From Nannocystis bainbridge (lineage in GTDB: Bacteria; Myxococcota_A; Polyangia; Nannocystales; Nannocystaceae), in contig NZ_JAQNDL010000001.1 in the NCBI RefSeq assembly GCF_028368995.1, positions 1,632,001 to 1,696,000 on the forward strand: a stretch of DNA of 64,000 nt, written 5' to 3'. The position numbers were made by a program, and so were the translations under genes. The notes beneath the pieces are model-generated. The model had not been told where the DNA came from. It did no database searches and worked only from the letters and a program-made list of their open reading frames with translations. Below, one piece after another: positions 18,591-28,139 of this stretch; position 1 is the first letter of the stretch, and each line of letters begins with the position of its first letter.

Positions 18591-20084
18591 TCAGTCGATC
18601 TCGACGCCGAGGTTGGTCTCGAGGAAGACGGACAGCGCGGCGCGGTCGGCCTCCGACAGCGACGAGAAGGTGGCGACGTGGTTGCCGTCGGTGACGTCGA
18701 AGCGCACGTTGCCGCTGGTCGCCTCCGGGGTGACCGCGCCGGCCGCCCACGGGTCCTGCTCGGAGTAGACGAAGGCGACGCCCTCGCCGAGGCGGGCGAA
18801 CTCCGCCAGCGCGCTGTTCTCGGCGGCGTCGAACGTCGGCACGGCCACGCCCTCGGGCACCAGCCCGCGCTCCATGTCGACGAGGTCGGCGGGGATGAGG
18901 CCCTCGGCGACCAGCGCCTCGCGCGGCAGGGCCGGCCAGCCGCTGCTCTGCTGCGCCTCGTAGAAGTAGGCGCCGAAGAACGCCAGGTAGGCGTCGGACA
19001 TCGGGTAGGCGCCGAAGATGCTGGTGACGCCGTAGAACGCCGAGCTCAGCTCCTCCGCGGTCGCGGTCGCCGGGTCGGGCAGCTCGGCGCAGTCGTCAGG
19101 GGTGCCGTAGTACTGCCAGAACAGCCACGGGTACGACAGCGCGGCGGCCTCGAAGGCCCGCGCCGGCTCGACGCGCGTGAAGGTGTCGCCCAACTCGTCC
19201 GCGGCCGAGGCCAGCACGACGGGCTCGACGGCCGCGCGCTGGCTGCCGAGCGCGGCCCGCTGGATGGCCTCGAGGCGGTCCTGGCACGCGGCGTCGACGG
19301 TGTCGAAGAACGCCAGGAAGCGGGCGTCCTCGGGCCCCTTGAACGGCGCGCCGAAAGCGACGGTGACCGCGACGTCGTCGGGGTAGTGCCGGCGGAAGCT
19401 GACCATGTCGACGCCGCCGTTGCTGAAGCCCGAGCCGAGCCACGGGCCGGTGTAGTGGTCGCGCAGGCGGACCACCACGTCGTGGGCGTCGTCCGCGACC
19501 TGCTTGCGCGTGAAGTGAGCGTAGTCGTCGCCGTTGCCGTTGTGGAACCGCTTGTCGAGGACCAACTGGTTGCCCTTCACGAGCGTGGTCAGCTCGTCCT
19601 CGGCGAACCCGAGGTAGTTGCTGTAGCCCGTGGAGATCAGGTTCATCGGCAGGCCGAAGCCGCGATGGATGAGCGTGAGGTGCTGCTCGTGGGTGCCCGC
19701 GTTCGGGTCCTGGTGATCGTTCTGCTGCAGGAGCGTGAGGTCGTAGAGCTCGGCGCCGTCGTCGCTGGTGCCGGCCGGGCTGACGATGAAGCCGGCCGCC
19801 TCGAGCGCCGCGGTCACGCTGACGCACGCCTGCGCCTCGCCCTCGCCGTCGACGCAGACGTCGCAGACGGGGTTGTCGACGCCGGTGCCCGGCTCCGCCG
19901 CGCCGCCGCCGTCGCAGTCCGGATCGGGCACGCCGCAGCCGCAGTCGCAGGCGTCGCCGTCGTCGTAGCGCGCGGCGTCGCAGGTCCACTCCGCCGGCGG
20001 CGTCACGGGGGTCCCGCCCGGGCCGTCGCAGCCGTGGGCGAAAGAGAGGAGGAACAGCGGTGCCAACAATGCGATCGATCTCAT
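18591..20084 (-). CDS. S37/S28 family serine peptidase lipoprotein with N-terminal Cys-rich module
   Basis: QQNDHQDP...HEQHLTLIHRG, nucleophile elbow GFSNGG, YSEQDPW, GNH; WTC...YDDGDACDCGCGVPDPDC module. Confidence 0.75.
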   Translation of the reverse strand: MRSIALLAPLFLLSFAHGCDGPGGTPVTPPAEWTCDAARYDDGDACDCGCGVPDPDCDGGGAAEPGTGVDNPVCDVCVDGEGEAQACVSVTAALEAAGFIVSPAGTSDDGAELYDLTLLQQNDHQDPNAGTHEQHLTLIHRGFGLPMNLISTGYSNYLGFAEDELTTLVKGNQLVLDKRFHNGNGDDYAHFTRKQVADDAHDVVVRLRDHYTGPWLGSGFSNGGVDMVSFRRHYPDDVAVTVAFGAPFKGPEDARFLAFFDTVDAACQDRLEAIQRAALGSQRAAVEPVVLASAADELGDTFTRVEPARAFEAAALSYPWLFWQYYGTPDDCAELPDPATATAEELSSAFYGVTSIFGAYPMSDAYLAFFGAYFYEAQQSSGWPALPREALVAEGLIPADLVDMERGLVPEGVAVPTFDAAENSALAEFARLGEGVAFVYSEQDPWAAGAVTPEATSGNVRFDVTDGNHVATFSSLSEADRAALSVFLETNLGVEID

Positions 20085-20414
20085 GGGAAAGCGTCCTGAA
20101 GGCGTGAACCGTACTCAAGACCCTCCCCTGTGCCAGTCGCATCCACGCCAGCGGGGCTGGCAAATCTGCGAGCGCTCGCCGCAGCGCGCCGCCCTCCCCG
20201 CCCGGCTGTGAGGGCCGCAGCGCCCGCGGGGCCGATCAAGGCCCGGTCGCGCGTCGGCGCCGCGCCCCTCGAATCCGCGCCCAGGCGATCGCTCGTGGAC
20301 GGACTTCGAACTGCGCGCGAAACATGACTGCCAATATCGTGAGCGGCTGCGCGCGCCCGGGGTCGTCGCACCGTCGACCTGGCCCCGAGGCCAGGTCGGC
20401 GACGCCCGCCGCGC

Positions 20415-21041
20415 TCACTGCTGGTTCTTGAACCGCGCGCCGGCGAACCACGCCTCGATCGCGCTCGCCTCGGCGTCGAACACGGCGGGCAGGCCCTCGG
20501 CGCTGACGACGAACACGTGGTTGCCGGCGGTCTGGACCAGCTCACGCTTGCGGATCTCGCCCATGCTGGCGTGCACGGCCGAGATCCGCAGCTCGTGACC
20601 GGGGCCGCCGGCGCGGGTGGTCGGCTTCGACTCGACGACCTCGAACTTCTGGAACAGCTGCTGGTAGGTGGCCGGGAACACGTCGGTCGCCAGCTGCTCG
20701 GCGCTGCGGACCTGGTCGGGCGGGACCACGTAATCCTTGGCCAGCAGGAAGAAGAACCGGGTCCGGTCGGTGTAGCGGCACTTGATCAGCGTCGCCTCCT
20801 GCCCCGGCTCGGTCGCGGTCTGCTCGACGCACTCCCAGCCGTCGCCGGCCGGCCGCGGCGCGGCGACCAGGCCGTCCTTGCTGGCGAACAGCGCGGGATC
20901 GGCCGCGGCGGCCGGACCCGTCGGGGCGGCCGGCGCCGGCTTGGCTGTCTCTACGGGCATGGCCGAAGGGCCAGGTTGTCCGCCGTCGCACGCAACGGCC
21001 AGGAGGACGGGGAGGAGGGCGTGTGCGCGGAGAGGCCTCAT
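20415..21041 (-). CDS. Hypothetical lipoprotein
   Basis: MRPLRAHALLPVLLAVAC lipobox, P/A linker, PsbP-like composition in the C-terminus. Confidence 0.7.
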   Translation of the reverse strand: MRPLRAHALLPVLLAVACDGGQPGPSAMPVETAKPAPAAPTGPAAAADPALFASKDGLVAAPRPAGDGWECVEQTATEPGQEATLIKCRYTDRTRFFFLLAKDYVVPPDQVRSAEQLATDVFPATYQQLFQKFEVVESKPTTRAGGPGHELRISAVHASMGEIRKRELVQTAGNHVFVVSAEGLPAVFDAEASAIEAWFAGARFKNQQ

Positions 21042-21349
21042 GAACCAGCGATACTGAACCGCACGGCCGCAGCGGGTCAAGCGGTGGCGCGTGCGCCTCC
21101 GGCTCAGGCCGCTCGCAATGCGTCTGCCTGGCCCCGCGTCGGCGCGACGCTGTTCGTCGACGAGGCGCGGCGTATTCGGAGATCCCCGCGAAGGTCGTGG
21201 CGCCCGCTCGTGGCGCTCGCCGACGACCGCTGCGGACTCCGAGGCGCTTGCACGCGCCACGCCGGCGGCGATGCCGTCGCTCGAAACTGGCAGCCCCGCT
21301 CGTGGCATCGGGTCCGGGCGCCGCGGGTAGCGAGCGCCGTGACGGTCGT

Positions 21350-22018
21350 TCACGCGTCGTCGGCGAGCGGTCCGTCGGGCGTCCAGCCCTGCTGCGCGCG
21401 GACCTCGGCGGCCCACGCCTCGAGGTCCGCGAGCGAGACGGTGACGGGAGTCGCGTTCGCCCGCGCGGCGAGGTGGGCCGCGATGGCGGCGCGCAGGCGC
21501 TCCTTGCCGCGCGCGAGCTGGCTGCGCAGCGTCGGCTCGGCGACGGCGAGCAGCAGCGCCGACTCGCGGCTCGTCAGGCCGCTGAAGTACCGCAGCTCGA
21601 GCACCACCTGGTCGTGGAGCGGGAGCTGGCGCAGGGCGTCGACGAGGGCCTGGGCCTGGCGTCGACTCATGATGATGGAGCTCGGCGAGGCCGGGGACAG
21701 GTCGTCGACGCACACCCCGGAGAAATCGAGGTGCTCCCGCGCGCGCTTGTATCGCTTGCGGATGTAGCCGTGGAGCACGTTGTGGGCGACCGCGTAGAGG
21801 TAGCGACGGAAGCTGGTCTCGCCGCGGAACCCCGGCAGCGACTCGAGCGCGCCGAGGAAGGTCTGATGCACGAGGTCGGCCGCGTCGTCGCCGCTGGCGA
21901 CCTTGTTGCAGAAGAACCGCGACATCTCGCGGTAGTGCCGGGAGATCAACGCATCGCCGGCCCCCGGCTGCCGGTCCCGCCAGGCCGCCGCGAGCTCCCA
22001 GTCACTCGGCTCGGACAT
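21350..22018 (-). CDS. ECF sigma-70 factor
   Basis: DAADLVHQTFL, SFRRYLYAVAHN, region 4 LELRYFSGLT...TLRSQLARGKERL. Confidence 0.9.
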   Translation of the reverse strand: MSEPSDWELAAAWRDRQPGAGDALISRHYREMSRFFCNKVASGDDAADLVHQTFLGALESLPGFRGETSFRRYLYAVAHNVLHGYIRKRYKRAREHLDFSGVCVDDLSPASPSSIIMSRRQAQALVDALRQLPLHDQVVLELRYFSGLTSRESALLLAVAEPTLRSQLARGKERLRAAIAAHLAARANATPVTVSLADLEAWAAEVRAQQGWTPDGPLADDA

Positions 22019-22366
22019 CGGCGCGAGTATACCTCGCACGCGCCGGCCGCACGAGGCCGTGCCCGAGCCGGCCGCGCCAGGCGAACGCCGCGAGCGTCCG
22101 CCCCACGTCGTCGCCCTGCGCGCGCGTCGAGGGCGTGAGCGCGATCCAGGAGGCGCTCGGGGCTGGCGATCGGGCACATCGCCGGCCGACCGAGCTCGGC
22201 GGTTGCCGCGAGTGCCCATTGCAAGAGGTGCTTCGCGCCCGCGCGCACGTGATCGAAGCGCGCCCGCTGGCGGCGGACCTGCGAATCGTTCGCGTCGACC
22301 GCGGTGGCGAGTGCCGCGGCGGTGGCACGTGCGACGAGGATCCGGAGGGTCCGCTCGCCGCGTCGT

Positions 22367-23116
22367 TCACACCTCGCTGAGCGCGTACTGAACGTACTCG
22401 GTGCACGCCTCGACCGCATCGCCCGCGGTCGCGTCCTTCAGGCACGCGGTCTTGGCCTCCACCGAGTCGGCCGCGAGGCAATCGGTGAAGAAGCTGGCCG
22501 GCTTCAGCGCGCGATGCTCGACCGCCCCGACATAGCCCCCGAAGTCGAGGAAGCCCTCGGCGTAATGAAACACGGTCCCGTCGCCGAGCACATAGAAGTG
22601 GAGGGTGTCCGACCAGTAGCCCGGGAACTCGGTGTTATAGAGCTCGACCCGCAGCGAGCCGGGCACTTTCGCGGCCAGCGCCTCGAGCACGCAGTCGAGC
22701 GCGGCGTCGTCGCTGGCCGATGTGCACGGCTCCTGGCTCTGGTAATCGTCCGGACCGCCGCACGAGAGGGTGACGCTCGGGCACAGGCTCTCGCCGCCGC
22801 AGCTCACCTCGACCTCGGGCGGCGTCGGCCTGACGCCGGGGATGAGCTCGAAGCAGCAGCAGGCGTCGACGCGGCCGTGGTCCGCACAATCGCCGTCGGT
22901 CTCGGCGGCGGTGCTCGCGTCGGTGCCCGGATCGGTGGGGGCGTTCACGGTGGACGACCCTGAATCGGTGGCGCTCTCCGTCGTGGTGGTGGCGTCGTCG
23001 GTCGCGCTCCCGGCCGTCGTGTCGTTCTTCGAATCGCAGGCGACGAGGCACAGCAGCGCGCCGAGCAGAGCAGCACGGGGCGCGGACGAAGAGGCAAAAA
23101 TCGAGGTCTTATGCAT
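22367..23116 (-). CDS. Cys-rich hypothetical lipoprotein
   Basis: LLCLVAC lipobox, T/S/D linker. Confidence 0.7.
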   Translation of the reverse strand: MHKTSIFASSSAPRAALLGALLCLVACDSKNDTTAGSATDDATTTTESATDSGSSTVNAPTDPGTDASTAAETDGDCADHGRVDACCCFELIPGVRPTPPEVEVSCGGESLCPSVTLSCGGPDDYQSQEPCTSASDDAALDCVLEALAAKVPGSLRVELYNTEFPGYWSDTLHFYVLGDGTVFHYAEGFLDFGGYVGAVEHRALKPASFFTDCLAADSVEAKTACLKDATAGDAVEACTEYVQYALSEV

Positions 23117-23309
23117 GGTCGGCTCCAATGAAAGTAGTTCGGCGGCGCGAGAGCTCGTGGGCCGAGCCTCGTCGCTGCGGATCGACGAGTGTCGACCTCC
23201 CGGGCTTTGATCGGAGCGCGACGAAAACTTTTTTCGCGCCGCGTCGCGCGGCGAGCGCGCCGTTGTCGCCGCACACCCACGGCGATACCCTGCGGTCCGA
23301 TCTGGCGAC

Positions 23310-26300
23310 GTGGGCACCGAACGGCCGAATCTGCTTGAGCGCATCGACCAGGGCCGCGTCAAGTTCGAGCTCCTGGGCACTCCCCAGTCGCTGGCGCGGC
23401 TCGACCGCTTCGTCGTGTTCGCCCGGCTCGGCGCCGGGGGGATGGGCGTCATCTATCACGCCTACGATCCACGGCTCGATCGCGGCGTCGCCATCAAGCT
23501 GCTCCGGCCGGCCGTCACGGCCCACGGCCGCCACCGCCGGCTGTTGCGCGAGGCCCGGGCGATGGCGCGGCTGGCTCATCCCAACGTCGTCCAGGTGTTC
23601 GAGGTCGGCGAGCTCGAGGAGCACATCTACCTGGTCATGGAGTACGTCGCCGGCCAGACGCTGCGGGCCTGGCTCGCCGAGTCGCCGCGCACCTGGCGAG
23701 AGGTGGTCTCGGTGTTCCTCCAGGCCGCCGACGGCCTCGCCGCGACCCACGCCCACGGGCTGGTGCACTGCGACTTCAAGCCCGAGAACGTGCTGATCGG
23801 CGCCGATGGGCGCGCGCGCGTCGGCGACTTCGGGCTCGTGCAGGCCGAGGCCGACGCGCCCGACGAGGCGGTCGTCGCCCGCGTGCGGGTCCGCGAGCGC
23901 CCGCCGGAGACCACGTCGACGAGCACCAGCCTGGGCGGAGGCACGCCGCGGTACATGGCGCCGGAGCAGCACGAGGGGCGCGCGGCGGATGCTCGCAGCG
24001 ACCAGTACGGCTTCTGCGCCGCGTTGCTCGAGGCGCTCGCGCCGGCGCGGTTCGAATCGTTCGTGCGCGAGGCGCCGCTCGGCCTGCGCGCGCTGCGAGG
24101 CGAATCGCCGGCGCCCTTGACGGTCGCGGGCGCACCGCCGGAGCTCGGCCGCGTCCTCGCCCGCGGCCTCGAGCCCGACCCCGAGCGCCGGTGGCCGTCG
24201 ATGTCCGCGCTGCGCGAGGCGCTCGCCAGGCTCGCCGAGCCGCGGTCGCGCGGCCTCGGCTGGCGGTGGGCCCTGGCCATCGGCGTGGCGGTCGGGCTGC
24301 TCGCGGGCGCCGGCTATGGCTTCGCGGTCACCGACGCGGCCCCCTGCGACGGCGGAGCCGCCGAGCTCGCCGCGGTGTGGGGCGAGCCGCAGCGCCAGCA
24401 GCTCCGGGCCGCGGTCACGGCGACGGGCCTCGGGTTCGCGGCCGAGACCGGCGCGCGGATCGAGGCCCACCTCGACGCCCACGCGCAAGCCTGGTCTCAG
24501 GCCCATCGAGCCGCCTGCGAGGCGCACCGCGACGGGCACAGTTCGGCCGCCCTGCTCGACCGGACCATGCTGTGCCTCGCCGCCGACCGGGTCGCGCTCG
24601 CCGGCCTGGTGCAGCGCCTCGTCGCGGCCGACGCCGCCGATCTCGAGCGGGCGATGGGGGCGACGCTGGCGCTGCCGGAGCTCGCCCGCTGCCGCGACGC
24701 CCAGGCCCTGCTGGCCGAGGTCGCCCCGCCGACCGACGCCGCGACGACCCTGGCCGTGCAGGCCGTGCGGTCCCAGCTGGGCACCGTCCGCGCCGAGTGG
24801 TCGCTCGGGCACCTCGACGACGCCGCGCGCCACGCCGCCGAGGCGTTCGCGCGGGCCCTGGCCACCGGTCACGCGCCGCTGATCGTCCAGGCTCTCTATC
24901 ACCTCGGCAAGCTCCACCACTCCCGCGACGCGCGGGCCGAGGCCGAGGCCACGTTGACCCGAGCCGCGTGGATGGCCGCGGAGATCGGCGACGACGAGCA
25001 GCTCGGCCTCGTCGCCGCGGCGCTGGCCCACGTGGTCGCGCTGCCCGGCGACCGTGGGCCCGAAGCCCGCACGTGGGTGCAACTGGCGCGCGCGATGACC
25101 CACCGGACGGCCCCGCGCGGCCGCTCGTACTTCGAGGCGCTGTTCGCCTCCGGCCAGGTCGAGCACCGCGCCGGGCGCTTCGCCGCGGCCGAGGAGTGGT
25201 TCGTGCAGGCCCTCGCCCACGCCGAGCAGCACCTCGGGTCGCGCAGCCACTCGACGCTGCTCGCGCGCGGGATGGTCGCGCTGGTGCAGGGCGAGCGCGG
25301 CGAGTACGACGCCGCGCTGGCGCAGTTCGAACGGCTCGCCGAGGTCCAGGCGGAGGTGTTCGGCCCGTCGCATCCGGCGGTCGCCACCCATCACAACAAC
25401 CGGGCCGCGCTCCTCCGCCAGTCCGGCCGCGAGGACGAGGCCCTGGCCGAGTTCTCGCAAGCGCTGGCGATCTGGCGCGCCGCTTATGGGCCGGACCACC
25501 CCGACGTCGGCATGGCCCACGGCAACATCGCCTCGGCGTTGCTCACCCGCGGCCTGCCGGGCGACTTCGAGCTGGCCGAGCCGCATCTGCGTCGGGCCAT
25601 CGCCACCCGCGAGCGGAGCCTCGGCCCCGACGACCCCGATCTGGCGGTCGAGCTCAGCAACCTCGGGAGCCTGCACCTGTTCCGCCTCGAGCTCGACGAG
25701 GCGGAGCGGCAGCTCGTCCGCGCCCTCGAGATCTGCGAGCGGACCGCGGGCGCCGAGCATCCGCGGGTCGTGCTGCCGCTCCTGGTGCTCGCCGAGGCGG
25801 CCGGGCTGCGCGGCGACCTGGCGGCGCAGCGGCGGCATTACGAGCGCGCCCTGAAGATCCAGGAGGCGTCGCTCGGACCGGAGCACCCCGACCTCGCCTG
25901 GACCCTGCGTGGGCTCGCCGAGGTGGCTCTCCGCGAGGGCGCGCTCGACCTTGCCGAGGGCCTCCTCGCCCGCGCCGAGGCCCTCGACGCCAGGGCCGGC
26001 GCGGACGAAGAGCGAGCGCTCGCGGCCCTGGGCCTGCGGGGACGACTCGCGCTCCGCCGCGGCGACGTCGCGACCGCGTGCGACCTGCTGGCTCGCTCGC
26101 TCCCCGGCAGCGCACGCACCTTCGATCCGGCCCGCGCCGAGCTCTCGAGCGAGCTCGCGCGCTGCCTGGTGGCCGCGGGGCGAGCCGACGAGGCGCGCCC
26201 GCTGGCCGAGCAGGCCGCCGCGTTCTACCGCCGGGGCGGCCCGGCGCTGGCGTGGCGGGTCGACGCCCTCGCGGCGCTGGCGAGCGGTCCAGGGCCCCGT

Positions 26301-26333
26301 GGGCAGCCTCGGGCCGATGTCCGAGCCCAGTGA
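23310..26333 (+). CDS. Membrane Ser/Thr kinase with C-terminal TPR repeats
   Basis: GAGGMG, VAIKLL, HPNVV, HCDFKPEN, DFG, GTPRYMAPEQ, TM helix, GPxHP TPR repeats. Confidence 0.92.
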   Translation: MGTERPNLLERIDQGRVKFELLGTPQSLARLDRFVVFARLGAGGMGVIYHAYDPRLDRGVAIKLLRPAVTAHGRHRRLLREARAMARLAHPNVVQVFEVGELEEHIYLVMEYVAGQTLRAWLAESPRTWREVVSVFLQAADGLAATHAHGLVHCDFKPENVLIGADGRARVGDFGLVQAEADAPDEAVVARVRVRERPPETTSTSTSLGGGTPRYMAPEQHEGRAADARSDQYGFCAALLEALAPARFESFVREAPLGLRALRGESPAPLTVAGAPPELGRVLARGLEPDPERRWPSMSALREALARLAEPRSRGLGWRWALAIGVAVGLLAGAGYGFAVTDAAPCDGGAAELAAVWGEPQRQQLRAAVTATGLGFAAETGARIEAHLDAHAQAWSQAHRAACEAHRDGHSSAALLDRTMLCLAADRVALAGLVQRLVAADAADLERAMGATLALPELARCRDAQALLAEVAPPTDAATTLAVQAVRSQLGTVRAEWSLGHLDDAARHAAEAFARALATGHAPLIVQALYHLGKLHHSRDARAEAEATLTRAAWMAAEIGDDEQLGLVAAALAHVVALPGDRGPEARTWVQLARAMTHRTAPRGRSYFEALFASGQVEHRAGRFAAAEEWFVQALAHAEQHLGSRSHSTLLARGMVALVQGERGEYDAALAQFERLAEVQAEVFGPSHPAVATHHNNRAALLRQSGREDEALAEFSQALAIWRAAYGPDHPDVGMAHGNIASALLTRGLPGDFELAEPHLRRAIATRERSLGPDDPDLAVELSNLGSLHLFRLELDEAERQLVRALEICERTAGAEHPRVVLPLLVLAEAAGLRGDLAAQRRHYERALKIQEASLGPEHPDLAWTLRGLAEVALREGALDLAEGLLARAEALDARAGADEERALAALGLRGRLALRRGDVATACDLLARSLPGSARTFDPARAELSSELARCLVAAGRADEARPLAEQAAAFYRRGGPALAWRVDALAALASGPGPRGQPRADVRAQ

Positions 26334-26727
26334 CTGCAGCCCGCGCAGGCCCCGGCGCGCCACGTAGCCGGCCCGCGGGCCCGCCGACCCCGACGCACGC
26401 GCGCCTCCGCCGATACCCGCGCGGTCGCCACGATCGCCGAAGCGCTGCCGCCGGCTGCCGCGCCCCAGCCTTCGGCCCACGTCCCCGCGGCGGCATTGTC
26501 CGCGCCTTCGCCCTCGGGGCGTCCGGGATGCGCCCGGCTAGGCCGGCCGAACCAGAACGCCTGCCGGCGGCGGACCCGTGATCGCAGCCACCGAAGCTCG
26601 CGGCGCAGCTTGAAGGGGAGCGGCTCGGAGTCATGCTCCGGACGCGACAGCGCCCGTCTCGGATGCGTGCGGTGGCCCTGTTCCATGCCGCCGCGTCGCC
26701 ACTCCCGGAGCAGACAGGAGCGCCACG

Positions 26728-28011
26728 ATGCGAGACGAGAGTGAACGTGAGGACCACGGAAAGCTGTTCGTGACGAGCAGGTGTTGCGGCGCGGCGACGT
26801 GTCGCAACTTTGCGCCCGAACTCCTGGGCGAGGTGGCGACGGCGGGCGCCGTCCGTGACGGGCATCGGCTCGCTGTGTTGCCCGGGTCCTACGAGGATGG
26901 TGCCTTCACGGGGGTGCTGCGACAGCCGCACAGCGAGGAGGACCTGATCGCCGCGCGCACCGCAGTCGCGGCCTGCCCGGTCGGCGCCATCAAGCTCCTG
27001 CGTGGTGCCTCGCGGGTGCGCCGCGGCGCGTTGGGATCGCCCTGGCGCGGGTATCCCCGCCCCATCGAGGACAACGTGTGGATCGTCGGGCCTCCGTCCA
27101 TGAAGAACATCGGCGCCACGACTTACTTCATCGAGCGCGACGGCGGCGGCGTGTTGATCGACCCGCCACGACCGAGCGAGGCGCTGTTCCGCTGGCTCGC
27201 GGACCACGGCGGCGTCCGGTGGCTGTTCCTGACGCACCGCGACCACGCCCACCACCACGCCGAGATCGCCGCCCGCTTCCCCGATTGCCGCCGGCTCATC
27301 GGCGCAGCCGACGTGAACCTCCGCGAGAACAGCTTCCTCGCGACGACCGGCGACGTCGAGATCAAGCTCGGCAGCGAGCTTCGTCCGTGCACCCTCGAAG
27401 GACAGCCGCTCTCGGAAGCAGAGGCCCGACAGGCCGAACTCGTGGTGCTGCCTCAACCGGGACACACCGCAGGATCGATCTGCCTGCTGTACCGCGGTCG
27501 CTTCCTGTTCACCGGCGACCACCTCGCCTGGTCGCGCGTCCTCGGCCACATCGTGGCGTTCCGGGTGCAGTGCTGGGAGGACTGGGAGCGCCAGACCCAC
27601 TCCGTCCGTTATCTCGCCGCGGCCGCGGAGGCGGGCTGGCTGCGATTCACGTGGATCCTCCCCGGCCACGGAGAGTGGCAGCGTCTCCCGAGCGACGGCA
27701 GCGCGGCCGAGACAGCCGCGGCGCTGCGCCGCACGGTCGAGTGGATGGAGCGGCAGCCGAAGGGCCACATGCGGGCGATCCACTGGACCCCGTTCATCAT
27801 GGCCCGGTTGAAGCCGAAGAGCGCGCTGGGCCGCCTGGTGCGCGCCATCGGCCGCGGGAGCGACCTCTGGGTGTTGCCGCGTGACGTGTGGAGCTCGTTG
27901 CCCGCGCACGATCGTCGCCGCCTCGAAGCGGCGGTTCGCCGGCTTCGCGTGCTCGGGACCGTCGTGCTAGCAATCGCGGCGTTGATCGTGTGGTTCGTGG
28001 GTCGCAGATGA
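26728..28011 (+). CDS. Ferredoxin-MBL-fold metallohydrolase fusion with C-terminal TM helix
   Basis: CCGAATCRNFAPE...ACPVGAI ferredoxin; LTHRDH, PGHTAGS, FTGDHL, ILPGHG; AGGAG SD. Confidence 0.85.
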   Translation: MRDESEREDHGKLFVTSRCCGAATCRNFAPELLGEVATAGAVRDGHRLAVLPGSYEDGAFTGVLRQPHSEEDLIAARTAVAACPVGAIKLLRGASRVRRGALGSPWRGYPRPIEDNVWIVGPPSMKNIGATTYFIERDGGGVLIDPPRPSEALFRWLADHGGVRWLFLTHRDHAHHHAEIAARFPDCRRLIGAADVNLRENSFLATTGDVEIKLGSELRPCTLEGQPLSEAEARQAELVVLPQPGHTAGSICLLYRGRFLFTGDHLAWSRVLGHIVAFRVQCWEDWERQTHSVRYLAAAAEAGWLRFTWILPGHGEWQRLPSDGSAAETAAALRRTVEWMERQPKGHMRAIHWTPFIMARLKPKSALGRLVRAIGRGSDLWVLPRDVWSSLPAHDRRRLEAAVRRLRVLGTVVLAIAALIVWFVGRR

Positions 28012-28085
28012 TTCGTGACCCACGACCCACGCGACTCAGAGCCACCTGCAATTCGGCCCGGCGAGCGACAGGCCGGCCGCCGACA

Positions 28086-28109
28086 TGACCTGTCTTGAAG
28101 GTCAGGTCG
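28086..28109. repeat. Variant 14-bp-period element (CCTG/CAGG cores)
   Basis: gacctgtcttgaaggtcaggtc; cores at 28089 and 28103; between convergent genes. Confidence 0.45.
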
Positions 28110-28139
28110 GCGACCTCGCCGACGCGGCAGTCGCCGCGC

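Noticed and set aside
22020-22360. Possible gene fragment between the ECF sigma and the lipoprotein
   Set aside because: No start or SD and no recognisable family.
23109-26480. Very long antisense or alternate-frame ORFs (also 45197-48373, 51810-55196, 28095-30377)
   Set aside because: Shadow ORFs expected from stop-codon scarcity in high-GC DNA; Arg/Ala/Gly-rich with no motifs.
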